NCBI GenBank assembly: GCA_038222885.1
Contig: JBBRHJ010000001.1
Span: forward strand, 31,845-95,844
Origin: Bacteroidales bacterium
GTDB lineage: Bacteria > Bacteroidota > Bacteroidia > Bacteroidales > Paludibacteraceae
Length of the DNA: 64,000 bases
Direction of reading: 5' to 3'
The notes beneath the pieces are model-generated. The model saw nothing but the letters and a program-made list of their open reading frames with translations. It was not told where the DNA came from and ran no database searches. Position numbers and translations under genes: made by a program. This document shows, in pieces, positions 1 to 7,958 of the stretch. Position 1 is the stretch's first letter. Every line of letters begins with the position of its first letter.

Positions 1-569
1 TTAATGAAAGGATTAAATAGATCCATATCATTTGGAAAAAATGAACGATACCTAACATCTGGAACATCAAAAAAGATATTCAGGTTATCATCTAAAGTAA
101 TTTGAGATTTGAGTTGTGGAGTCCAGGATGACCAAAACCAAAGAGGAGGCACACCTAATACTTTTTCGGAGAAGGTGTAAATTGCAAAAATAGTTCCCCT
201 CATATCAAATCCTTGTAAAATGATTTGTTTTGAGGTAACATCTACATAAACTCTGTGCGATTCTCTTCCTGTAACTTGTGTGCTAATACTGGATGGTAAG
301 TCTTTGAATCCATCTGTATTATTAACAATTACTATAGACCATTGAGAAGTTGGTATGGATGCGTATGTATTTACGCTGTGTAGAGTAAAGTTTTTGCCAG
401 TGATTTTTTTGAAATCCCTGTTGAGATAGTTGTAAGCTACTGATACCGGTGCTTTTTCGGAAGAATACATATATACTGCTACATTAGTTGGGTCTAATGT
501 GATGCTGCCAGCACTTAATGTAGTTGAAAATACCAGTAAAAGGAATAGTATTATTTTTGATTTCTTCAT
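1..569 (-). CDS. GH115-like glycoside hydrolase (alpha-glucuronidase family), N-terminal part, runs off the window edge; absent from the ORF track
   Basis: Manual translation from ATG at 569: MKKSKIILFLLLVFSTTLSA (signal peptide) ... QGFDMRGTIFAIYTFSEKVLGVPPLWFWS ... PDVRYRSFFPND, matching GH115 N-terminal motifs GxDxRGTxYxxY..GVSPW and PxVxYRGxFxND. Confidence 0.7.
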   Translation of the reverse strand, partial: MKKSKIILFLLLVFSTTLSAGSITLDPTNVAVYMYSSEKAPVSVAYNYLNRDFKKITGKNFTLHSVNTYASIPTSQWSIVIVNNTDGFKDLPSSISTQVTGRESHRVYVDVTSKQIILQGFDMRGTIFAIYTFSEKVLGVPPLWFWSSWTPQLKSQITLDDNLNIFFDVPDVRYRSFFPNDMDLFNPFI

Positions 570-684
570 AAGAGTTTTATCAGCTTAAAGCCTTCACGGT
601 GTTTCAATGTTGTAATTTTATTTTGAGTAATTCAAAATAAAAAATGAAAACATTGATAGAATTAGTAGATTAGATTTTCTTTGA

Positions 685-692
685 CAAAGATA
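685..692 (-). promoter_or_regulatory. Bacteroidota sigma70 -7 box (TATCTTTG) for the GH115-like gene
   Basis: Exact TAnnTTTG match on the minus strand about 115 nt upstream of the ATG. Confidence 0.5.
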
Positions 693-740
693 CCCCTATA
701 CCATAATTCCGAACAACAACCATGTTGAAACTGATAATAC

Positions 741-3365
741 TTATGTTGATTTCTTGATTTTTTCTATATATTCTGAAGGTTTACAGCCATAAATCTCATG
801 AAAACATTTGCTAAAATAGCTTGAACTAGTAAAACCTACTTTTTCTGCTATTTCTGCAATACTGCAATTTTGTTCCAGTATTAATTGAACGGCTCGTTCT
901 AAACGTACATTGCGAATAAATAAACTCGGAGATTTATCTAAAATCCCGATTAACTTTTTGTACAATCCAGTGCGCTCCATAAACAGATCTTGACTTAGTT
1001 GTGAAACAGAGAAGGTTGGATTGTCGATATTCTCCTCAACTATTGCAATAGCTTTTGAAAGAAAATCCGATTCTTCAATACTGTATGAACTTGTATTCAT
1101 CACATTCAATGATGTCGGCTTTTCCAAATTATCAATACTGTTGTCCTCAATATTAGATTTTTGCTTATGTTCGTAATTGTTATTCTGTTCTATTAAATTA
1201 CGTATGCGTAGCAATAGAATTTCTTCTTTGTGATCACGCTCGAGTTTATTCTTAGTAATTTGTATATAGGCATATATACCGCCACCAACAATGAGAATAA
1301 CTGACAATAAGTAAAGTATATACGCTATAGTGCTTTTCCACCAAGGTACATTCACAATGATTTCCAAGTTAGTTACTTCATTTTTCTCCCAGTTTTCATC
1401 GGTTGACGACATAACACTCAGATTATATTTACCTGCCGGAAGGTTGGTATAGTGGATACGTAAAATTCCATCGGACCATGTTTTATCACCGTTGCCATAA
1501 ACAACTGATTCGTTCCAAGCATTATCAATCCCTTCCATTTTATATCTATACCTGGTTTGAGCAGGATTTACATAATTTAATGCCGAAAAAACAAACGTAA
1601 GGAAATTCTGATTATATGATAAAGTTATTTTGCTGGTGTAGGGTGCAACTTTCGTAAGTATTAATCGATGATCGTAATATTTGTTAGGAGCTACTTCCTC
1701 ACCTCTGAGATACAAGTGAGTAAATACTGGTTTTAGTGAATGTACCGATGTATTTAATTTTTCAGGAATTAATACATTAAAGCCGTCAACTCCGCCAAAA
1801 TAGAGTCGGTCATCTTTGGCTTCATAAATGGAACCATTAATATATTCACCTTTAAGTGTACCATCATAAACGTTATATTTAGAAAAAATTATTTTTTTAG
1901 TTACTTTATCAATTTCTATTTTTGTAATGCCGTAGCTGGTAGTAACCCATAAATTATGTTTTTTATCTTCAAGTATTGCATGTATATAACTATTTGACAT
2001 TCCATTCTTTATATAGAATACCCTGTTGTTTGTAGAGTCTGGAGTTGATAATTCAAGACCATCAGGCGTTCCGGTCCATGTCCATCCTCTGCTGTCTTTG
2101 AAAATAGTTGTATTGATTTTATTATTATAAATATATCCTCGGCCTTCGCGGTATAAATTATCCAGCGCTTTTTTATCAATATTATTAGCACTTACTTTTT
2201 TTAGTATTTTATCTCCTGTCGAATTTGGTGTATATAAATAAAAAGAAGTTCTGCTACGAATAAATATATTCCCAATGTCATCTTCGACAAAGGCTTGTAC
2301 AGGAATATCCTCGGACGTAGAATCAGGAAATGAAGAACTTCTAATATAATCAAATTTATACCTTGCAGGGTGTTGGTACATTAGTCCACGATTAAATGTA
2401 CCTATCCATAATCCTTGTTGTTTGTCCAAAAAAATCGTTGTAATATGAGTACTGATTAACTCACCTTCGGTATTTCTAAAAGATGAAAGATGTTGTTTCT
2501 CTCCATTTTTCATATCAATGATCCATAGTCCTTTTGAACAACAAATATAAACCTTCTCTTGAGGAGTAATAATCATTGTGTTCAGCTTATAGTCCTGAAC
2601 CATAATTATTTCCCACGTTTTACGCTGGGTGTTAAAAAAGAACAAGCCACCTTTCTTACCATTTCTTATTTGATAAAATCCATGTGCCCCTTTTATTACT
2701 GAAGTGGTTCTATCAAAATTGATTATTTCCGATTGTGGATATGTAGCACAACTGTATAATTTTTTTTCTGTTGAAATATCGTAGCAATCCACTACTCCAT
2801 TGTTGTAAAACAGAAATAGTTTTTCATTTTCAGATGCAATGTCTTGTAGTTTGCCATTATTTGAAAAGAGTTTAATTGTTTTTGAACTTTCAGGTTGAAT
2901 CAATCCTTTTTTTGTTAGCAACCAAATACGTTGATTGCTATCTACAAAAAAATCCTCTATTTGGTGACTAATATTCTTCTTTTTGAATATCGTGTTTAAG
3001 TTTTGTATATATTCTTCCAGATGCAAATCAATACACATGAGTTTGTGCTTATCCTTAATCCACAATAAAGAATCTGTGCTTTGATATACTCTATAATAAC
3101 CTTCGTAATTAGTCAATGAAAACTCATCCAAATGTGCACGGTGAATATACCTAAAATTAGCACCATCGTATAAATTCACATTTCCATTTGTAGTAAATAC
3201 CATTCGCCCATCGGGTAGTTGTGATATACTTCTTATCTGATTATCACTGAGACCCTGAGAAACATCGATACTTGTAAATATCAATTCCTCAGCATTCAAA
3301 TCAAATAGACCGAAGCTGGAAATTAAAATAGGAATGATGAGTAGTTTTAATATTTTGGGATACAT
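741..3365 (-). CDS. Membrane-anchored sensor-regulator: HTCS-type beta-propeller + Y_Y_Y + TM + AraC HTH, without kinase/receiver domains
   Basis: GLSDNQIRSI Reg_prop repeats, YRYKMEG..W..YTNLPAGKY (Y_Y_Y), PWWKS + TM helix, C-terminal IAEIAEKVGFTSSSYFSKCF; only about 65 aa between TM and AraC domain. Confidence 0.85.
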   Translation of the reverse strand: MYPKILKLLIIPILISSFGLFDLNAEELIFTSIDVSQGLSDNQIRSISQLPDGRMVFTTNGNVNLYDGANFRYIHRAHLDEFSLTNYEGYYRVYQSTDSLLWIKDKHKLMCIDLHLEEYIQNLNTIFKKKNISHQIEDFFVDSNQRIWLLTKKGLIQPESSKTIKLFSNNGKLQDIASENEKLFLFYNNGVVDCYDISTEKKLYSCATYPQSEIINFDRTTSVIKGAHGFYQIRNGKKGGLFFFNTQRKTWEIIMVQDYKLNTMIITPQEKVYICCSKGLWIIDMKNGEKQHLSSFRNTEGELISTHITTIFLDKQQGLWIGTFNRGLMYQHPARYKFDYIRSSSFPDSTSEDIPVQAFVEDDIGNIFIRSRTSFYLYTPNSTGDKILKKVSANNIDKKALDNLYREGRGYIYNNKINTTIFKDSRGWTWTGTPDGLELSTPDSTNNRVFYIKNGMSNSYIHAILEDKKHNLWVTTSYGITKIEIDKVTKKIIFSKYNVYDGTLKGEYINGSIYEAKDDRLYFGGVDGFNVLIPEKLNTSVHSLKPVFTHLYLRGEEVAPNKYYDHRLILTKVAPYTSKITLSYNQNFLTFVFSALNYVNPAQTRYRYKMEGIDNAWNESVVYGNGDKTWSDGILRIHYTNLPAGKYNLSVMSSTDENWEKNEVTNLEIIVNVPWWKSTIAYILYLLSVILIVGGGIYAYIQITKNKLERDHKEEILLLRIRNLIEQNNNYEHKQKSNIEDNSIDNLEKPTSLNVMNTSSYSIEESDFLSKAIAIVEENIDNPTFSVSQLSQDLFMERTGLYKKLIGILDKSPSLFIRNVRLERAVQLILEQNCSIAEIAEKVGFTSSSYFSKCFHEIYGCKPSEYIEKIKKST

Positions 3366-3452
3366 GTGAATTAATCTATATTATGGGACAGCGAATATAT
3401 AAATATTTATTTTCTCCCACAACTTTTGAAAATAAAACTTGCTTTTCGGAAT

Positions 3453-3699
3453 CATTGTTGTCTGGTAAATATTTTTTGAAATCACCAAAACTACTTTCAG
3501 TAATAGGTTTCAGATAATATCGCCCCGATGGGGCTTAGAGTTTGTTATTTTAATATTTTCTACCATAATTTCGTTCCTACGGAACTTCTAAAAAACAGCT
3601 CCAGAGGAGCGAAATTATGGTAGTCAACAAGTTACAAAACATACCAAAGCTCCATCGGAGCGACATTATTTGATTTATTATCTTTACCGGACAACAATG
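3453..3699. mobile_element. MITE, 247 bp, 17-bp TIRs, 9-bp TSD, internal REP-like hairpins
   Basis: Left end CATTGTTGTCTGGTAAA, right end TTTACCGGACAACAATG (16/17 inverted match); TTTCGGAAT directly repeated at 3444-3452 and 3700-3708; second copy at 40100-40315. Confidence 0.9.
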
Positions 3700-3711
3700 T
3701 TTCGGAATAAC

Positions 3712-3751
3712 CAAAACAAGGCTTTCACATAATGAAAAAGCCTTATTTTGG
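3712..3751 (-). terminator. Probable intrinsic terminator/hairpin downstream of the PL-like gene
   Basis: CAAAACAAGGCTTT ... AAAGCCTTATTTTG imperfect inverted repeat. Confidence 0.5.
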
Positions 3752-3879
3752 GTATAATGATGTTTGAAAACTGACTTCTATTTATAAAACCAATATCTTT
3801 ATAATTTTGCTAAGAAATCTGTATGATAACTGAATTGGTTAAGACCTTTTTTGGTTTTCTATTTGAACTATAAAACAGT

Positions 3880-4992
3880 CTATTTAATAATTAATTTTTG
3901 AGAATAAAACGATCCAAGTTTATCTATCATTTGAACTTGATATATACCTTGTTGAAATTTGTCTTTTGCAGGTATTTCAAATTTGTTTGATGTAGGAACC
4001 ATAGAATATATTCGCTGACCACTCATGTTGAAAATTGAAATTCTGGCCATTTCTTTTGAGTTAAGGTCAATAGTAAAAGATGAACTTGCAGGGTTTGGAT
4101 AAATAGAAACATCATTGTTGTCCATAAAATTTTTAGCAATAGAACTTGTAACTTCTGATGGCTTTGCGTCTTCGTAAGTATTACCTGCACGCAAGTCGAC
4201 GTAATCGGTTGTAATATCGAAATTACAGGCACTACCGCCATAAGCACCCCATTTAAAATAGACTTGATTTCCATCATTTGTTTTATGATAAGCCCTTTTT
4301 TTGTCAGCTGACAGTACAACCTGATATTCCTTGTAATTTGAATTAGTTAATGTTTGTTGCACATCATTGAACCAAAACTCAATAAAACCAATAGTTGGGT
4401 CGCGTGAAACTTTAATGTGAAATACAAAGCTAACCCATTCGTTTTGAGAAACCGCTTTTTGCCAGACAGTTGTTAAACGATTTGTAATTGATGAACCTAC
4501 AGACCAATCAGGATAGCCAGGACCGTAGCAATTTAAGCTTACCGTAGTACCATCGTAGGACAAATTGAAGGGGTAGTTTTGAGTGTCAGGACCAGCGGAT
4601 CCATCTTCTGTTTTATACTGGAAAATAGCTAATCCTTGATTTAAACGTGGTATGGAAGTGAGTTTCCAACGCCAGCCTAAATAGCAATCTAAACCTTCTG
4701 AAAGAATCAAACCATTAGAACGAGCAAATTCAGCTCTTTTTCTATTCGCTGGTTTGTTTATTTGCCAGTGTTTTCCATAAATAGGATCTATTGGAGTTGA
4801 TGCTGTTGGGTTAGGTGCATCCTTATCAAGGCAGCTTGTACCTGTTGTATATCCTGTAATATCAAAACGATAAAACACAGTAGTTAAACTCTTGGTTGGA
4901 TCCGTCGACCAGATTACTTGAGATCTCAAAGAACTCATTGTTCCTACTAAAAAAATGCTTATTAATAAAAAAGTAAAGTGATTTGGTTTCAT
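3880..4992 (-). CDS. Polysaccharide-lyase-like (heparin lyase I/PF14099-type jelly roll) protein with T9SS CTD
   Basis: Signal peptide; RKRAEF, IFQYK, GFIEFWFND, YFKWGAY motifs; C-terminal IYPNPAS..GIYQV..KLIIK. Confidence 0.65.
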   Translation of the reverse strand: MKPNHFTFLLISIFLVGTMSSLRSQVIWSTDPTKSLTTVFYRFDITGYTTGTSCLDKDAPNPTASTPIDPIYGKHWQINKPANRKRAEFARSNGLILSEGLDCYLGWRWKLTSIPRLNQGLAIFQYKTEDGSAGPDTQNYPFNLSYDGTTVSLNCYGPGYPDWSVGSSITNRLTTVWQKAVSQNEWVSFVFHIKVSRDPTIGFIEFWFNDVQQTLTNSNYKEYQVVLSADKKRAYHKTNDGNQVYFKWGAYGGSACNFDITTDYVDLRAGNTYEDAKPSEVTSSIAKNFMDNNDVSIYPNPASSSFTIDLNSKEMARISIFNMSGQRIYSMVPTSNKFEIPAKDKFQQGIYQVQMIDKLGSFYSQKLIIK

Positions 4993-5037
4993 TATGTTGA
5001 GTATTTTTCTTCTTGATACAATAAAAATTGATTCTTT

Positions 5038-6771
5038 TTACTTAACTACCAATTTGTCTGTCAATGATTTATTCGTTCCAATTACGCTGACATTATAGAT
5101 TCCTGAATTTAGCAAATTATTGACATTTAATGTTAGTTGGTTATTCTCAATTTTCTGAGACTGATATACTTTACGTCCATTTAAGTCGAAAATTTTAATT
5201 ACTGGATTCTCCATACCATTAACTTCAATGGTGATAAAATCTTTTGTTGGGCTCGGATATATTTTAAAATCTCCGTTTTTTTTTTCAAAAGCAATTTCTT
5301 TAGTACCAGATTGAATATCTTTGGAAAATTCTACACTATCAACGTTACACCATGCATTTGCTGGCGAATCGGAACTAAACCCAATTTCACATTGACCATT
5401 TGTTACCTGAATATTTGGAATGCTAATTTGAGTCCAGGTTTCAGTAGTAGGTAAATCAGATTTCAACATGTTACTTCCGAATTTTTGTGCAATCATTGAA
5501 CAACTGGTTTGACCACCGCTTGAACGCACCCACGCTTTAAGAGAATAATTACCATTGGCAAGTCCCGTAAGTGTTTGATAGGTAAACACATTATAAGGAG
5601 TATTGTTCCAATGAACCAATTTATAGCTACCTGAATGTGCGGAACCAAATTCAACATAATCTGAATTCTCCTTTCCATTTGATGATATGGTACTCCAAGC
5701 TGTCATGTTTTGAGAATAAGAATTATCCAGTTCAAAATCTCCATTAAAAACACCTCCAACCAAATAATAATTCAATAAAGGGTTAAGTTTTTGCGTAACT
5801 TTAATATGTCCGGCATCTGTTGGGTGGGTTCCATCAACAAAATCGGTAGATATTAACCAACCGTTAGTATCAATGAAATGCACTTTCGTATCCCCTGCAC
5901 TCACTCGTATATTAATAGCATTTTGAGTTTCCTGAGAATAAGAACCATTAAAAGCACGCATGGCAATTATCTCTGTAGTTGGAAATTGGTTGCGTAGTTT
6001 GGTCAAAAACTCGATGTATTTCGCTTGAAAAGTTGCAGCTGGAACATTGCAATTTTTATCATTCGTTCCAAGGTTAATAACAATTAATTTTGGTGTATAT
6101 TTTGTGTAATCCCAAATCGAAACTGAGGGGTCATTAGTTGGTTCTTTCATTGAAAAATACTGTAGGCTTTGTCCCCAATATGGTGCACCATTATAGGTAT
6201 AGCGATACCCATCGACCAATGTAATTCCTGAGTAAGCTATTTGGGTATGGTCGCATTGCAAATTTTCTGCACTAAGCCATGCGTATGAGCTTAAATTTCC
6301 TTTTGTGGTCTTTTCACCACAAGTAATTGAATTGCCAATAAATTCAATAATGTTTTTTTTGTTTTGTGCTATGGTTATTGCCGCAGCATCTAAAATAAGT
6401 CCTTGAAACTGGATTTCATCACTTCTAAAATTTGCTGCAACAACCAAAGTATGAGTTCCATCTGCCAAAGCTGTGGGTGTTAGATTAACGGTTCCATTTG
6501 CTCCAGTAAATTTCGTATAAGCTTTCCCATCAATACTTACATAAATGTTGACTGAAGCAGCCAGTTTAATTTTCACGGTTTTTCCAGTGAAAGAGGTTCT
6601 AAAATATGCACCACCCCAATAACTATGAAATAAAGTAGCACTGCTTTTATCCCATCTTCCTACATATTCAATATTTTTATCTGATAGCGAGCCATCGCCA
6701 GTTTGTGAAAAAACACAGGATATTGATAATGTAAATAAAATCGAAATAGTAAACAAAAATTTATTTTTCAT
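5038..6771 (-). CDS. CE2-like SGNH acetylesterase + CBM-like domain + T9SS CTD
   Basis: YVGRWD N-terminal domain, FIGNSITCG, VINLGTND, DGTHP; NGDFE-starting CBM; IYPSPTKD..KLVVK. Confidence 0.8.
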   Translation of the reverse strand: MKNKFLFTISILFTLSISCVFSQTGDGSLSDKNIEYVGRWDKSSATLFHSYWGGAYFRTSFTGKTVKIKLAASVNIYVSIDGKAYTKFTGANGTVNLTPTALADGTHTLVVAANFRSDEIQFQGLILDAAAITIAQNKKNIIEFIGNSITCGEKTTKGNLSSYAWLSAENLQCDHTQIAYSGITLVDGYRYTYNGAPYWGQSLQYFSMKEPTNDPSVSIWDYTKYTPKLIVINLGTNDKNCNVPAATFQAKYIEFLTKLRNQFPTTEIIAMRAFNGSYSQETQNAINIRVSAGDTKVHFIDTNGWLISTDFVDGTHPTDAGHIKVTQKLNPLLNYYLVGGVFNGDFELDNSYSQNMTAWSTISSNGKENSDYVEFGSAHSGSYKLVHWNNTPYNVFTYQTLTGLANGNYSLKAWVRSSGGQTSCSMIAQKFGSNMLKSDLPTTETWTQISIPNIQVTNGQCEIGFSSDSPANAWCNVDSVEFSKDIQSGTKEIAFEKKNGDFKIYPSPTKDFITIEVNGMENPVIKIFDLNGRKVYQSQKIENNQLTLNVNNLLNSGIYNVSVIGTNKSLTDKLVVK

Positions 6772-6803
6772 CTTCAGTAATTATTTATTAATCTGTGGAT
6801 TAA

Positions 6804-7934
6804 CTATTCTATTTTCCATTTATCAACCCATTTTAAAACTGGTAGTCCATTTTCAAAAAGTATAGGTAACCAGAGATGTTTTCCCATTTTGGGTGCTTCG
6901 GGTGTCCAAATATCCGCCATGAAAATAAACTCACCTGATTTTCCTGGCATGGGTAAAATATGGGTACTTTGACTACCAAATGTTTTATTGGCATTCTCAC
7001 CTACACAAGGATTTGGATAAGTTGTCCACTCTCCCAACATGGAGGTAGCAGAATGTAAACGAGCTGCATTCGGTGCCCAGCCAGTACAACCTGATGAAAT
7101 CATAAAGTATAGTTTTCCTTTCTTGAAAATGGTGGGTGCTTCATTACTTTTTCCTGGAAATGCTCGGATATATTTTCCAGTATGAGCCTGATAATCATCG
7201 GTTAATTCTGCAATATTGAGAGTTTCGTTCTCTTCAGATGCAAAAATATGGTAGGCTTTTTCATCATCATCAACATAAACTGTCATATCGCGAGCCATCT
7301 GACCACCTTCAAAATCACGACGAACGAAAAGTCCTTCTTCAATTACTTTTTCCCATTCAGCTTGATCTTTTCGTACTACCTGATTGCGAGTTAAAGTCAA
7401 CTTTTTGTATTTATCGGGAAAATTCAGCGGCCAAAAACCAGCATTTGGTCTGTATGAATGAATATATTTATAAGGTCCTGTAACTTTATCGGCAATTGCT
7501 AAACCAGAACGTGCTGCATCGTAACCCCGTCCGTAAAGCTCTAAGTGGAACCACATTACAAACTTTTTAGTTTTTTTGTTGTAAATCACCTTTGGACGCT
7601 CAAGAATACAACCTGCATAAATATCCGATTTTTTGTCGTTTTTTTCCACTGACAGTGCAGTTCCTTCGTTTTTCCAATTTAACAAGTCGGTAGATGAATA
7701 ACATGAAACACCTTCTAAAGCTGCATTGGTATTCATGTCCTTGCTTTCGCCAAACCAATAATACTTATCACCATATTCTAATATTCCACCTCCATGAGCA
7801 TTGATGTAATTACCGTCAGTGTCAAGCCAAAATTGGGTTGAAGTGTTGTTAATTTCAGTTTTCTGAGCTGATATAAAGTAGCTTGTCGACAATATAAAAC
7901 AAAGTACAAGAAAATACTTGAATCTTGAATTCAT
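6804..7934 (-). CDS. GH43 subfamily 24-like exo-beta-1,3-galactanase
   Basis: INAHGGG, ERPKVIYN, MARDMT, NEAP, GWAPN, SQST motifs; signal peptide. Confidence 0.85.
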   Translation of the reverse strand: MNSRFKYFLVLCFILSTSYFISAQKTEINNTSTQFWLDTDGNYINAHGGGILEYGDKYYWFGESKDMNTNAALEGVSCYSSTDLLNWKNEGTALSVEKNDKKSDIYAGCILERPKVIYNKKTKKFVMWFHLELYGRGYDAARSGLAIADKVTGPYKYIHSYRPNAGFWPLNFPDKYKKLTLTRNQVVRKDQAEWEKVIEEGLFVRRDFEGGQMARDMTVYVDDDEKAYHIFASEENETLNIAELTDDYQAHTGKYIRAFPGKSNEAPTIFKKGKLYFMISSGCTGWAPNAARLHSATSMLGEWTTYPNPCVGENANKTFGSQSTHILPMPGKSGEFIFMADIWTPEAPKMGKHLWLPILFENGLPVLKWVDKWKIE

Positions 7935-7958
7935 ATAATTATGGATTTATTGTTATGT

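Noticed and set aside
700-730. Resemblance of TACCATAATT/ACAACAA to MITE pieces
   Set aside because: Too short and out of order; expected by chance in AT-rich DNA
3510-3670. Repeated hairpins as a CRISPR array or tRNA
   Set aside because: Units are inverted and non-identical, with no regular spacers, no cas genes and no cloverleaf
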